From Candidatus Latescibacterota bacterium (GTDB lineage: Bacteria; Latescibacterota; UBA2968): DNA of 64,000 bases. The translations under genes were made by a program, and so were the position numbers. Each line of letters begins with the position of its first letter. The stretch's first letter is position 1. The stretch spans positions 960,001 through 1,024,000 of the forward strand of contig OZ242311.1 of assembly GCA_965207885.1 (NCBI GenBank), in the 5' to 3' direction. Shown here piece after piece: positions 26,557 through 36,481 of the stretch. The notes beneath the pieces were generated by a model. The model was not told the DNA's origin. It did not search any database and saw only the letters and a program-made list of their open reading frames with translations.

Positions 26557-29178
26557 ATGTATGAAACGATTCGCAGTCTTCTCAACGACACTGAATTTTC
26601 AGTTATCGAGTCTTTTGAGATTCCTGGGCGGTCTGCCCAATACTCAAAAATTCCTCAGTTCTTGTTCGACTCTGAGATAGGCAACTATCTCAGCCAAGAA
26701 TATCGTGAACCCGGTTCGAAAACCCCCGGTCTATGGGCCCATCAAGCACAAGCTTTAGAAGCACTTGGAAACAGTGATAATGTTGTAATATCTACCGGAA
26801 CTGCGTCTGGTAAGAGCCTCGTGTTTCGTGCGCTCGCTCTGCACAAGGTACTTCTCGATCCTTTGAGCCGCGTGGTTGTCTTTTACCCTCTCAGAGCACT
26901 TGTCGCAGACCAACTTCGTGGATGGCGAGAAATGGCAGGAAAGGTCGGTCTTAATGAGAATATTGTTGGACAGATAGATGGCTCTGTGGATTTCAATGAG
27001 AGAGAAGATATATTACAACAGGCACGTATCGTCGTTATGACGCCCGATGTATGTCAGGCGTGGCTTATGCCGCGTTTGGCAATGCCTGTGGTCAGGAAAT
27101 TCATAAGTTCACTCTCAACTCTGGTCATGGATGAGGCGCATACATTAGAGGGGGTTTTTGGAAGCAACTTTGCATTTTTAATTCGACGAATACTTGCTGC
27201 ACGTAATCATCTGCTTGGTAACAAATCTAGATCTGAGAAGCTCCAACTCGTTGCAGCCACTGCTACGATCTCTAATCCCGGAGAACATCTGAAGCAACTT
27301 ACCGGCACAGAATTCACGGTCATTGACCATGAAGCTGATGGCGCGCCGCACTATAAGCGAATCGTGGCGCATATCGCGTGTCCAGAGGGAGAAGAACTCA
27401 AAATTGCTCAAGAATTGCAACAACGCGTACTTGTCAACGGATGTAAAGGGGCATTTATCACATTCATGGATTCCCGAAAAGGCGTCGAAACCTTGGCTAT
27501 GTCCACTCAGAATGAACTGGACGAACTTTTTGACGATCCGGCAATAGCTTCGTATCGCGGAGGGTTTACATCTGAAGCTCGGCAGCACATAGAAGAACAA
27601 TTAAGGTCGGGAAATTACCGTGGCGTTGTGTCAACATCCGCGCTTGAAATGGGAATTGACTTTCCCAATTTACGCGGAGGGTTCAATGTAGGTTTGCCTC
27701 CAACTCGTAAGGCGTACCGGCAGCGACTGGGACGAATTGGTCGCAGTGGACCGGGAGCATTTGTGGTGATTGGACCCTCCAATGCGTTTCGGCGATACGG
27801 CACATCTTTTCAGGAGTATCACAATATGTCGGTGGAGCCTTCTTACCTGTATCTTGACAATCGTTTCATGCAGTTTGCTCATGGGCGATGCCTCGCTGAT
27901 GAACGCGATGCACTTGCTGCTCCCACGAGCCTTCCGACTCATGTACGGTGGCCAAGCCATTTTAGAGATGTTTACTCAGCGGCCCGTCCCGGAGGGCGTC
28001 GCCCTCCCGAATTTGATGCCATCGCAGAGCTTGGAGGTGATACTCCGCAAAGGAATTATCCACTCCGCAATGTGGGTGAAGTGAATTTGCAGATAAAGCG
28101 CTATGAAAATACTGATAGTTTAGGTGATGTAACACAATCTCAAGCCTTGCGAGAGTGTTATCCGGGTGCCTCCTACTTCCACATGATGCAATCATATGAG
28201 GTTGCAGCTTGGCGCACTGCCACTATCAATTCATTTATCCAAGTAAAACCTGGAATACCAGGCCGTTCAACTCGCCCTCAAATCACAACATGGATTAAAA
28301 CTGGAATTACGGCAACGGAACTCATTGAAGGCCACTTGCTCAAGGGTGATAACGGTTTTCTAGCCGAATGTCAGATGCTTATCACTGAGCGAGTTAATGG
28401 ATATGTAGATGGAAGAACTGGCGACTCTTATCTGTACCGAGACCTTCAGCAACGTAATCCCAACATGAAGGCTCGCTCTCGGAATTTTCGCACTAGTGGA
28501 ATCGTGCTCTGTATAGAAAAAGACTGGTTCAAAAAGTTGGCTGTGAAACGGATGATTTCCGATGTGTTACGTGAAGTATTCGGACATGAATATAGCATTC
28601 TACCACAAGATATAGGTTCTGCAGCAACCAATATTTCGGTTCGAGATAGCGATGGCAAGGAATGGCAGGGTGGATGTGTGGCGGTGTTTGACGAGACCTA
28701 TGGCAGTCTGCGTCTTACCGAACAACTGTTTATTGAATTCAATCATATTCTCGAACGTTTGGCCATGGCTGCAAAGACCGATGCATCGCCAGAGGCAAAG
28801 AGCTTCCTACACATCATCACTAAAATTCAAAAGACGGTTTCCGGTTTTTCTTCCAGCAATCCCTTTGTATCAGGCCCAAAAGTCGAACTACATAGAGGTT
28901 ATGTGCAGGTATTTAAGAAAGATTCTCGTGTATGTTACAGGGAGAGTGGCTCCATTGCTGTCGATGTAGAGATTATCCAGCCGACTATCATGGATGGAGA
29001 ACTCAGGTATCAAGTGCGAACTCCACAAAGGATGGGACAGCCGCCTCTACTTCGTTGGGTTTCCGAATCGTCTGTTGAACCATCCGCAGATGCAGATGCT
29101 TGGGAATATGCTTGGTGGAACCGTGAAACAGAGACTTATGAAAATCCGCCAGACTACAATGAGGAATCGGAGTTTTAG
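26557..29178 (+). CDS. SF2 DEAD/DEAH-box helicase, Hrq1/YprA(MrfA)-like
   Basis: LWAHQ, TGTASGKS, YPLRAL..DQ, TPD, DEAH, ATISNP, STSALEMGID, QRLGRIGR. Confidence 0.9.
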   Translation: MYETIRSLLNDTEFSVIESFEIPGRSAQYSKIPQFLFDSEIGNYLSQEYREPGSKTPGLWAHQAQALEALGNSDNVVISTGTASGKSLVFRALALHKVLLDPLSRVVVFYPLRALVADQLRGWREMAGKVGLNENIVGQIDGSVDFNEREDILQQARIVVMTPDVCQAWLMPRLAMPVVRKFISSLSTLVMDEAHTLEGVFGSNFAFLIRRILAARNHLLGNKSRSEKLQLVAATATISNPGEHLKQLTGTEFTVIDHEADGAPHYKRIVAHIACPEGEELKIAQELQQRVLVNGCKGAFITFMDSRKGVETLAMSTQNELDELFDDPAIASYRGGFTSEARQHIEEQLRSGNYRGVVSTSALEMGIDFPNLRGGFNVGLPPTRKAYRQRLGRIGRSGPGAFVVIGPSNAFRRYGTSFQEYHNMSVEPSYLYLDNRFMQFAHGRCLADERDALAAPTSLPTHVRWPSHFRDVYSAARPGGRRPPEFDAIAELGGDTPQRNYPLRNVGEVNLQIKRYENTDSLGDVTQSQALRECYPGASYFHMMQSYEVAAWRTATINSFIQVKPGIPGRSTRPQITTWIKTGITATELIEGHLLKGDNGFLAECQMLITERVNGYVDGRTGDSYLYRDLQQRNPNMKARSRNFRTSGIVLCIEKDWFKKLAVKRMISDVLREVFGHEYSILPQDIGSAATNISVRDSDGKEWQGGCVAVFDETYGSLRLTEQLFIEFNHILERLAMAAKTDASPEAKSFLHIITKIQKTVSGFSSSNPFVSGPKVELHRGYVQVFKKDSRVCYRESGSIAVDVEIIQPTIMDGELRYQVRTPQRMGQPPLLRWVSESSVEPSADADAWEYAWWNRETETYENPPDYNEESEF

Positions 29179-29212
29179 TCGTTTTCAAGACACATTCCCC
29201 AAGGAGATAACC

Positions 29213-29617
29213 ATGTCAGATGTGTTGAGGTTTATCAGGCATGACGATGTGCAGGTGGAGGAATTGCCGTGGGGTCCGCACGAGTGGATCAGTCGGGAGG
29301 GGTTGACCGAGGCGGATCATTTGTTGCTGGTGCGGGTGACGATGCCGCCGGGCAAGGCGCACGCGTTTCATCGCCATCCGTGTATGGAAGAGATTATTTA
29401 TGTGATTGCGGGAACGGCGGAACAGTGGGTGGATAGGGATTCGCGAATTCTGGGTCCGGGAGATGCGGCGCATATTCCGATGGATATGGTGCATGGGACG
29501 TATAATGCCGGGGATGAGGATCTGGTTTTTCTGGCGATTTTGTCTCCCGCTAAGTTCGATGGTGAGGTGCTGGTCGATGTGTCGGGGGATGAACCGTGGA
29601 TCAATATGAGGGATTAG
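29213..29617 (+). CDS. Cupin domain protein
   Basis: HAFHRHP..EEIIYVIAG, GD..HIP....HGTYN; AAGGAG RBS. Confidence 0.9.
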   Translation: MSDVLRFIRHDDVQVEELPWGPHEWISREGLTEADHLLLVRVTMPPGKAHAFHRHPCMEEIIYVIAGTAEQWVDRDSRILGPGDAAHIPMDMVHGTYNAGDEDLVFLAILSPAKFDGEVLVDVSGDEPWINMRD

Positions 29618-29619
29618 AG

Positions 29620-31074
29620 ATGTCTAATACACGTCCGAATATTGTTTATATCCTCGCCGATGATATGGGCTATGGCGATGTGGGGTGCTATAATCCGCAG
29701 TCGAAGATCCCCACGCCGTATATGGATCGGTTGGCGCGCGAGGGGATGCGGTTTACAGATGCACATTCGCCTTCGGCTGTGTGTACGCCCACGCGATATG
29801 GGATTTTGACCGGGCGTTATTGCTGGCGCACAGAGTTGAAGGCCCATGTGTTGTTCAATTACGAATTGCCGTTGATTGAGCCTGAGCGTGTGACGGTGGC
29901 TTCTTTGTTGAAGAATTGTGGATATCACACGGGGTGTTTTGGCAAGTGGCATTTGGGTTTGGGTTGGGGGGTGAAGGATGGTGAGGTGTTTGATTTTGAT
30001 CAGCCCCTGCCGTGGCCGGGTGGATCACCCGATCCTGTGGAGGAAGATAAGATCGATTTTTCAAAGCCGATTGCGGGCGGACCGATTGAACTGGGGTTTG
30101 ACAGGTTTTACGGGACATCGGGTTGTTCGACGGCGCAACCGCCTTATTGTTTTATCGATCAGGATCAGACGGTGGGTATTCCGAGTGTGCAAAAGCCGGT
30201 TGAGATGGCGGGTGGTCGGCGCGGTTTGATGGTTCCGGATTGGGACCACAAGGAAGCGGATCCGGCTTTTACAGAGAAGGCAGTGGCGTATATTGAGGAG
30301 CGGGCAGGGGATGCGGATACGCCTTTTTTTCTCTATCTGGCGGCTTCTGCGCCGCACGAACCGTGTACGGTCGCGTGTGTGCCGGAGTTTTTGCGCGGTG
30401 CGAGTGAGGCGGGTCCCCGGGGAGATATGGTCGCGCTGGTTGACTGGATGGTGGGGCAGGTGATGGATGCTCTGGATCGCTGTGGGTTGGCGGATGATAC
30501 GCTGGTTATTGTGACGAGTGACAATGGGGCTTTGCCTGGCTGTAATGGTCGCACGTATGGTCACAAGTCCTGCGGTGATTGGCGCGGTTTTAAGGGGTTT
30601 ATCTGGGAGGGGGGGCACAGAGAGCCGTTTATCGCGCGCTGGCCGGGTGTTGTTGCGCCCAATTCGGTTTGCGATGCGCTGGTCGGGTTGCAGGATTTTA
30701 TGGCGACGGTGGCGGATATTGTGGGGGAGACGCTTCCAGAAGATGCGGGGGAAGATAGTGCGAGTTTTTTGCCCGCGTTGATGGGGGAGAACGAGTCTGT
30801 TCGGGATGATTTGATACACCATTCCTGCATGGGGGTGTTTTCGATTCGGCGAGGGGATTGGAAGTTGATTGTCGATTGTGATAATTCCGGAGATATGGGG
30901 CGCGGCGTGGATGGATGTGTGGGCACGGGTCCTGTGCCGGGGTCAAGGGGTCAGCTTTATCATATGGAAGATGATCCGTTTGAGTCGTATAATCAGTTTG
31001 GCAGAGAACCGGGTATTGTGCGCGAGTTCAGGGAGATGGTCGAGCGGTATATCGCTGATGGAAGGAGCGTGTGA
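29620..31074 (+). CDS. Arylsulfatase (S1, Cys-type)
   Basis: RPNIVYILADDMGYGD, CTPTRYGILTGRY, GKWHLG, SDNG, EGGHR.P. Confidence 0.93.
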   Translation: MSNTRPNIVYILADDMGYGDVGCYNPQSKIPTPYMDRLAREGMRFTDAHSPSAVCTPTRYGILTGRYCWRTELKAHVLFNYELPLIEPERVTVASLLKNCGYHTGCFGKWHLGLGWGVKDGEVFDFDQPLPWPGGSPDPVEEDKIDFSKPIAGGPIELGFDRFYGTSGCSTAQPPYCFIDQDQTVGIPSVQKPVEMAGGRRGLMVPDWDHKEADPAFTEKAVAYIEERAGDADTPFFLYLAASAPHEPCTVACVPEFLRGASEAGPRGDMVALVDWMVGQVMDALDRCGLADDTLVIVTSDNGALPGCNGRTYGHKSCGDWRGFKGFIWEGGHREPFIARWPGVVAPNSVCDALVGLQDFMATVADIVGETLPEDAGEDSASFLPALMGENESVRDDLIHHSCMGVFSIRRGDWKLIVDCDNSGDMGRGVDGCVGTGPVPGSRGQLYHMEDDPFESYNQFGREPGIVREFREMVERYIADGRSV

Positions 31075-31850
31075 TGGCTTATTTGACGGTTGATGATAAA
31101 GAGGCGTTTCGAGAGAAGGGCTATGTGATTAAACGCGATGTGGTGACGCCCGAACAGATGGAAGCCGCGCGAGATGTGATTTGGGATCATTTGCCTGTGG
31201 ATCGCAATGATCCTTCTACGTGGGTTGGGAAAGAGGGGTCTCAGGGGATGGATGGTCATGCGGCGTTTCACGCGTTGGTTTACGATTCGCCGCTGTACAG
31301 TATGGTTGAAGAGTTGGCTGGTAAGGGGCGTTTGGCGCCTTTGCATCCACCAGTTACGTCGGCAAATTTGCGGTTTCCGCAGGGTGGGGAGTGGGAAGAA
31401 CCCAGGGGTAATCACATGGATGGGCACGGGCTTGGCAGCGGTGTTGTGAATAATTGGACGGTGGGTATTACGCTGTATCTCAATGATGTGAAGCCCCAGG
31501 GCGGGGGTACCTGCGTGTGGCCGGGGACGCATAAACACATGGCGGATTATTTTAAGACCCATTCGCGGGTGAGTCTGGGTAAGAAGTTTTACGATTTGCC
31601 GATTTACGAGGGCGAACCGCGTTCGACGAGGCCGCTGGAGATTCTCGATTGGGATGAGGAGGATTATGAGGAGATTTCTGGGCCAGCGGGGTCCGCGATG
31701 CTCTGGCACAGTCATTTGATTCACAGCGCGAGTATGAATTGTAGCGATGAGATTCGCATGGCAATTATTACGCGTTTTCGATGGACGAATTGGGATGATC
31801 TCAAGTTTGAAGATCCGGATGATATGTGGGCGTATTGGGAGGGGATGTAG
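31071..31850 (+). CDS. PhyH-family dioxygenase (canonical H-x-D)
   Basis: FREKGYVI, HMDG, YLNDV...GGGT.VWPGTH, LIHSAS.N. Confidence 0.85.
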   Translation: MMAYLTVDDKEAFREKGYVIKRDVVTPEQMEAARDVIWDHLPVDRNDPSTWVGKEGSQGMDGHAAFHALVYDSPLYSMVEELAGKGRLAPLHPPVTSANLRFPQGGEWEEPRGNHMDGHGLGSGVVNNWTVGITLYLNDVKPQGGGTCVWPGTHKHMADYFKTHSRVSLGKKFYDLPIYEGEPRSTRPLEILDWDEEDYEEISGPAGSAMLWHSHLIHSASMNCSDEIRMAIITRFRWTNWDDLKFEDPDDMWAYWEGM

Positions 31851-31888
31851 AAGTGTGAAGTGTGAAGGAGGAAGTGGGAAGTAAGATT

Positions 31889-31920
31889 GTCATTGCGGCA
31901 TGCTTAAAGCCGCAATCCAG
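31889..31920 (+). repeat. REP-like palindrome, GTCA...TCCAG family (copy 1)
   Basis: gtcATTGCGGC-atgcttaaa-GCCGCAATccag. Confidence 0.8.
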
Positions 31921-31945
31921 GGGATTTTTAGCTGATCGCTAAGAA

Positions 31946-32623
31946 GTGAGGAGGCTTATTTTGCGTTTGTGTTTTGATCCTGTTATGTGTCCAAAAGCTG
32001 TGTTGCCCGCTGCCTTGAAGATTGCAAAGGCAGCGGGTTTTGATGCTATGGTGTTGCATTGTGCGTTTACGGCGAGTTCGCCTTTTCATCCAGATGCGTC
32101 GGTGCGGATGATTCGCGATTATTTCGATGATGCGGGCGTGGCGTTGATGGGGTTACATGTGCGCGATGATCCAGGTTCTAATTTGCGGCAGGTTGAGTGG
32201 GATGTTCATCTGGCGCGGGCTCTTCGCTTGCAATGTGCGAGTTTTCTCTGTGGTGCGCGTTCCCGCGAGGCGCGCGAGGCTCTGGTGAGGGGTGTGCATG
32301 CGTTGCTTGAAAGTATTCCCGATGTGACGCTGAATATCGGGAATGGGGTGGATACGTGTTTGGAAAGTGCGGCGGATTTTGATGTTTTGATGCCCGATCT
32401 GCCCGAGCGCGCGCATGTCTGGCTCAATGCGATGGATGTTGATAATGCTGTTGGGATTGTGGATAAGTATGTGGAGCGCATGGGTATGGTGACGATTGGG
32501 GAGGATGATATGGATGTGGTCCGCGCGCTTAAGGCGAATGGGTATGCTGGTCCTGTGGTGCTCAATGCCGTGGGTGGTTCTGTGGCGGATCTGCGGGTGA
32601 GGGTAGAAGAAGTTTTAACATGA
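31946..32623 (+). CDS. Xylose-isomerase-like (AP endonuclease 2) TIM-barrel protein, divergent
   Basis: AKAAGFDAM, ALKANGYAGPVVL pattern; usual metal ligands poorly conserved. Confidence 0.6.
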   Translation: MRRLILRLCFDPVMCPKAVLPAALKIAKAAGFDAMVLHCAFTASSPFHPDASVRMIRDYFDDAGVALMGLHVRDDPGSNLRQVEWDVHLARALRLQCASFLCGARSREAREALVRGVHALLESIPDVTLNIGNGVDTCLESAADFDVLMPDLPERAHVWLNAMDVDNAVGIVDKYVERMGMVTIGEDDMDVVRALKANGYAGPVVLNAVGGSVADLRVRVEEVLT

Positions 32624-32633
32624 GGAGTTTTCT

Positions 32634-34094
32634 ATGAATGTTATTCTGATTGTGCTGGATACCTGGCGCCGAGATCACGTGGGGTGTTATGACAATTCTC
32701 GAATTCACACGCCGAATATAGATCGTTTTGCCGAGCGGGGCGCGGTTTTTGAGAATGCGTATTTGGCTTCGTATCCCACGCTGCCGTGTCGCCGGGATAT
32801 TGCGACGGGGCGATACGAGTTTCCGTGGCGGGGATGGGGCGGTATAGAGCCTGATGATGTGACGCTGGGTGGGACGGTGCATGAGGCGGGTAAGGTGTCC
32901 TATTTTTTTACGGATGTGTATCACCACTGGACGAGCAATCCGGGCAGTGGGTACTGGCGTCCGTTTTCGGGGTTTGATTTTGTGCGCGGGCAGGAGCGGG
33001 ACCGATATGTGACGGATTCGGATATTGTTTTTGAGAATCGGACGCTGGATTATCCGCCGCATAACAGGCCCGAGCAACCGCATTTTCGAAATGCGCAATA
33101 TATCCGTAAAGAGGAACGCGATTGGTTTTCGCCGCAGTTGTTTTCGAGGGCGGCGCGGTGGCTTCAGCACAATGCCGATCAGGAGTTCTTTTTGATGATT
33201 GATTCTTTTGATCCGCACGAGCCTTGGGATCCGCCACGCCACTATGTGAAGTTGTACGATGATTCTGAAGACGATGTGATGGAGTATCCGGTGGCGCCTT
33301 ACGATTGGGTGGATGGCAATTTGACGGAGGCGGAGTTGAAGCGGGTGCAGGCGATTTATGCGGGTGAGGTGACGATGGTGGATCGCTGGGTGGGGCATTT
33401 TCTCGATCAGGTTGAGAGTATGGGGCTGATGAATAATACGATGATTATTCTCGCGTCGGATCACGGGACGCACAATGGCGATCACGGGCGTACGGGAAAG
33501 AACTGGGTGCTCTGGAATGAGATTACGCGGATTCCGATGATTGTTGTCTGGCATCCCGAGTTTGGTCACGGTGCGCGACCCGTGCAGTTTGTGCAGCCGG
33601 TTGATTATTTTCCGACTGTGGTGGAGGCGATGGGGTTGGCGGTGCCCGATGGGGTGAATTTGCACGGGCAGAGTTTGATTCCTTTTCTCCGGGATGAGGA
33701 TGCGCCCGGGCGCGATGCAATTTTGTACGGTCAGTTTTCGGGGACGTGCAATATTACCGATGGGGAGTATGTGCTGTTGCAGGGGGTGGATGAGTCCAAT
33801 CCGCCGGTGTATGCGTATTCGAGTATTATTGCGAATCGGAATCAGTTTGATTGGGGTGCCGATGTGCTTCGGAGCAAGCAGACGCCTGCGCGACATCCCG
33901 AGAAGCACAAGACGCGGTTTTATCACATGCCTTCGGATCCCGAGCAGGAGAATGATCTCGCCGATGGTGAATCAGATGCACTGTCCCGTATGCAGAGTTT
34001 GATGGTTGAGAAATTGCGCGCTATTGGTGCGCCGCCAGAGTTGTTGGTGCGATTGGGGCTGCAAAAGGAGGGGCTATGGAACCGAATATTTTGA
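32634..34094 (+). CDS. Sulfatase-like hydrolase with Thr at the nucleophile position
   Basis: NVILIVLDTWRRD, TPNID, SYPTLPCR, FDPHEPW, SDHG. Confidence 0.85.
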   Translation: MNVILIVLDTWRRDHVGCYDNSRIHTPNIDRFAERGAVFENAYLASYPTLPCRRDIATGRYEFPWRGWGGIEPDDVTLGGTVHEAGKVSYFFTDVYHHWTSNPGSGYWRPFSGFDFVRGQERDRYVTDSDIVFENRTLDYPPHNRPEQPHFRNAQYIRKEERDWFSPQLFSRAARWLQHNADQEFFLMIDSFDPHEPWDPPRHYVKLYDDSEDDVMEYPVAPYDWVDGNLTEAELKRVQAIYAGEVTMVDRWVGHFLDQVESMGLMNNTMIILASDHGTHNGDHGRTGKNWVLWNEITRIPMIVVWHPEFGHGARPVQFVQPVDYFPTVVEAMGLAVPDGVNLHGQSLIPFLRDEDAPGRDAILYGQFSGTCNITDGEYVLLQGVDESNPPVYAYSSIIANRNQFDWGADVLRSKQTPARHPEKHKTRFYHMPSDPEQENDLADGESDALSRMQSLMVEKLRAIGAPPELLVRLGLQKEGLWNRIF

Positions 34095-35419
34095 TCGTGA
34101 TCGCAGATGATGCGACGTATCTCGATTTGTCGCTTTACGGTGGACAGAATGTGGATACGCCGAATATTGACGGTTTGGCGCGGGATGGTCTGGTTTTTAA
34201 TCGGGCGTATTTGCCTATGGCGATGTGCAATCCATGCCGTACGGCGCTTTATACGGGTTTGTATCCGGCGCGCAATGGTTCGTGCTGGAACCATTCTGCT
34301 GCGCGTCCGGGGACGAGGAGTCTTCCGCATTTTCTGGGGGATCTGGGTTATCGCGTGGGGCTGTGTGGGAAGAAGCACGTGGGTCCCAATAAGAGTTTTC
34401 CTTTTGAATATGTGCCGGGTATTGAGGGGGGATGCACACATCCCGATCCCGAGTTTGGCGTTGCGGGGATTCGCGCGTTTGTGGAGCAAGATCGGGATGC
34501 GCCTTTTTGTCTTGTGGCGGGTCTTTTTGAGCCGCATGCGCCGTGGACGCTGGGCAATCCCGAGCATTTTGATCTGGATGCGTTGCAGTTGCCTCCGTAT
34601 CTGGCAGATACGGAGGAGACGCGGAGTGATTATGCCAGGTATTTGGCGGAGATCGAGGTGCTGGATCAGGAGGTCGGTGAGATTCTCGCGGTACTGGACG
34701 AGACCGGACAGGCGGATAATACGCTGGTGATTTTTACGTCTGAGCAGGGGTCGCAGTTTCCCGGGTGCAAGTGGACGAATTGGAATACGGGTGTTCATAC
34801 GGGTTTTATTGTGCGCTGGCCCGGCGTGGTGAAGCCGGGATATACCGATGCGGTTATTCAGTATGAGGATGTCACGCCCACGCTGATTGAGTCTGCGGGT
34901 GGCGATCCCGATGCGATTGATTTTGATGGGTCGAGTTTTATGTCTGTGCTGTTGGGAGAGGCAGATGCGCATCGGGAGTTCGCGTATTTTATGCATAATA
35001 ATATTCCCGAGGGTCCGCCCTATCCTATCCGCGCGGTGACGGATGGTACGTATCACTATATTCGCAATTTGACGCCCGAGGCGATCTATATTGAGAAGCA
35101 TCTGATGGGGCAGTTTCGATGGCACCAGTACTGGCCGACGTGGGTTTTTGATACGACGTTTAATGAGCATACGCGGTTTTTGGTGGATCGGTACATGCGC
35201 CGTCCCCCCGAGCAGTTGTATCGCATGGATGAGGATCCCTGTGAGTTGAATAATCTATCTGATGATCCTGCACACGCAGAGGCGAAGAAACGCCTGTCTG
35301 CCGAGCTTGATTGCTGGATGAAACAACAGGGCGATCCCGGTGCTGAGATCGATACAGAAGACCAATGGCAAGCGGCTAAAGAAGGTAGGCATTTTGAACG
35401 TTTGAGTCAGGATACATAA
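34076..35419 (+). CDS. Sulfatase (N-sulfoglucosamine sulfohydrolase-like)
   Basis: PNILIVIADD, CNPCRTALYTG, GKKHVGP, EPHAPW, TSEQG..FP..KW. Confidence 0.88.
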   Translation: MEPNILIVIADDATYLDLSLYGGQNVDTPNIDGLARDGLVFNRAYLPMAMCNPCRTALYTGLYPARNGSCWNHSAARPGTRSLPHFLGDLGYRVGLCGKKHVGPNKSFPFEYVPGIEGGCTHPDPEFGVAGIRAFVEQDRDAPFCLVAGLFEPHAPWTLGNPEHFDLDALQLPPYLADTEETRSDYARYLAEIEVLDQEVGEILAVLDETGQADNTLVIFTSEQGSQFPGCKWTNWNTGVHTGFIVRWPGVVKPGYTDAVIQYEDVTPTLIESAGGDPDAIDFDGSSFMSVLLGEADAHREFAYFMHNNIPEGPPYPIRAVTDGTYHYIRNLTPEAIYIEKHLMGQFRWHQYWPTWVFDTTFNEHTRFLVDRYMRRPPEQLYRMDEDPCELNNLSDDPAHAEAKKRLSAELDCWMKQQGDPGAEIDTEDQWQAAKEGRHFERLSQDT

Positions 35420-35439
35420 AAAAAAGCTGTCCATATTTC

Positions 35440-35471
35440 GTCATCGCGGCAGGGTTTTAGCCGCGATCCAG
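35440..35471 (+). repeat. REP-like palindrome (copy 2), at the left edge of the second island
   Basis: gtcATCGCGGC-agggtttta-GCCGCGATccag. Confidence 0.85.
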
Positions 35472-35581
35472 TCTATTTTCTGCTGAGAAGATTCGTTACA
35501 CAGCGTGTAGCAATTTGAGCAGGAGAAGTTTCTCTTGGAACAAATGGATTAAACCATATTGCAAAAAGCGTTTACATTAGC

Positions 35582-36481
35582 ATGAATGATCTGAATAAGC
35601 AAGCTGCTGAAAGTATAGTTCAAATGATAGAGCATCATGATCCGATCATTTTTATTGGAGCGGGGTTATCCATACCGCCTTACAAATCATGGATGGTCTT
35701 GTTGGATCAATTGTCAAAAAAAATGAAGATCAAGATTAAAAATACGCAAGACCCTATTCTTGCTGCTCAAGAATTATACGAGAACGATCCCGAAAAATAT
35801 TTGAATGCACTTAAGCGTATTTTTGCCGAAGTACCGAAAAGTTGTCGTGATGCTCTACGAGATATTGCAACTATCAATTTTAAAGCGTTTCTTACTACAA
35901 ATTTTGACCGGACCATTGAATTTGCATTTCATTGGGCAAATCGCAACTTTTCTCCTCCATTGGTATACCCAAATCTTCAAGTGTCTCTATGCCGTGATCA
36001 AAACATCCACTTTGTTCATGGTCGACTTTCAGAAGATAGTAAGGAAGCGAATGAAATAGTTTTTCATAAGGAAACATATTATAACGCTTATTACTCCGAA
36101 AATAAGCTTCTCGCTCGCTATTTTTTTGATGTTCTTGCTGACAACGATGTGCTTTTTACAGGATTTAGGCTGTCAGAATCTGAACCATTAAATCATGTCT
36201 TTCAATCTATTATTAGAACTAGGGAAATCATATACAATACTCCCATTCCAGGCAGAAGTTGGAAAATTCTATTACCGAAAGGTCATTCAGACTCGAATCT
36301 TGAAAAAAGGCTTAATAAGTTAAAGATTGAAGTCATTCGCTATAATAAAATGAATGATGACTATGAAGGTCTTGATGAGGTATGGAGAGATGTATCAATG
36401 AAAGTCAAAAGCGAAATGTTTTCAAAACAGGCCGAAGAGTTAGATCCTTTACAATTAATGGAAAAGCCAGATTGGGAATGA
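35582..36481 (+). CDS. SIR2-like (SIR2_2) NAD-binding domain protein, putative defence effector
   Basis: IFIGAGLS....SW, LTTNFD, FVHG, VLFTGF; low GC. Confidence 0.85.
   Translation: MNDLNKQAAESIVQMIEHHDPIIFIGAGLSIPPYKSWMVLLDQLSKKMKIKIKNTQDPILAAQELYENDPEKYLNALKRIFAEVPKSCRDALRDIATINFKAFLTTNFDRTIEFAFHWANRNFSPPLVYPNLQVSLCRDQNIHFVHGRLSEDSKEANEIVFHKETYYNAYYSENKLLARYFFDVLADNDVLFTGFRLSESEPLNHVFQSIIRTREIIYNTPIPGRSWKILLPKGHSDSNLEKRLNKLKIEVIRYNKMNDDYEGLDEVWRDVSMKVKSEMFSKQAEELDPLQLMEKPDWE

Noticed and set aside
28994-29212. N-terminal extension of the cupin ORF given in the track
   Set aside because: It overlaps the helicase; the RBS and homology to the stub place the start at 29213
31850-31885. GAAGTGT-like heptamer runs (also ~54419-54452) next to REP copies
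   Set aside because: Short, degenerate low-complexity repeats with no evidence of independent function
36382-36477. Upstream start for the 1006-aa ORF
   Set aside because: It lies inside the SIR2 gene; the ATGA-coupled start at 36478 (or 36484) is more plausible
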